From Octopus sinensis (taxonomy: Eukaryota): a stretch of DNA of 64,000 bases. The number at the start of each line of letters is the position of its first letter. Positions within the stretch are counted from its first letter, which is position 1. Shown one piece after another: positions 63,863 through 64,000 of this stretch. Location: positions 23,498,001 to 23,562,000 of the forward strand of contig NC_043022.1 in assembly GCF_006345805.1 (NCBI RefSeq), read 5' to 3'. A program made the translations under genes and the position numbers. The notes beneath the pieces were generated by a model. That model saw only the letters and a list, made by a program, of their open reading frames with translations. It had not been told where the DNA came from and made no database searches.

Positions 63863-64000
63863 ATTCTTCAAGTATCTTTTGGATAAAGTCTATCAAGACT
63901 GAATGTATTTGTTCGGTAAATATACATACACAAATATACATACATGTACATAAACACATACATACACACACAAGCATATACATACACACACATGAATACA

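Overview
This is AT-rich, repeat-dense metazoan genomic DNA, mostly intronic or intergenic. The tRNA-derived SINE families and dense (TA)n/(CA)n/(TATC)n microsatellites suggest a coleoid cephalopod, probably Octopus (inference). There is no complete host gene, and nearly all listed ORFs are microsatellite translations or transposon debris. Supported content: a near-intact CR1-group LINE ORF2 with one frameshift; remnants of Tx1, R4/Dong, RTE, CR1, Gypsy, Tigger/pogo, mariner and Helitron elements; nine copies of a ~420-bp TIR element with 8-bp TSDs and internal TTAGGG repeats; many SINEs; and a candidate promoter/first exon plus a 37-nt micro-exon. Many small elements, most abutting (TA)n tracts, carry hammerhead-ribozyme (HHR) cores. 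About eight are ordinary or variant minimal type I HHRs of the kind known from Penelope-like elements. The most notable signal is a 73-nt motif found three times in two sequence-divergent families, plus one half copy. It holds all HHR core strands in a non-circularly-permuted order, with identical spacing, covarying helices and a kink-turn in extended stem III. It is a candidate new pseudoknotted hammerhead topology. All folds were derived by eye and are untested.
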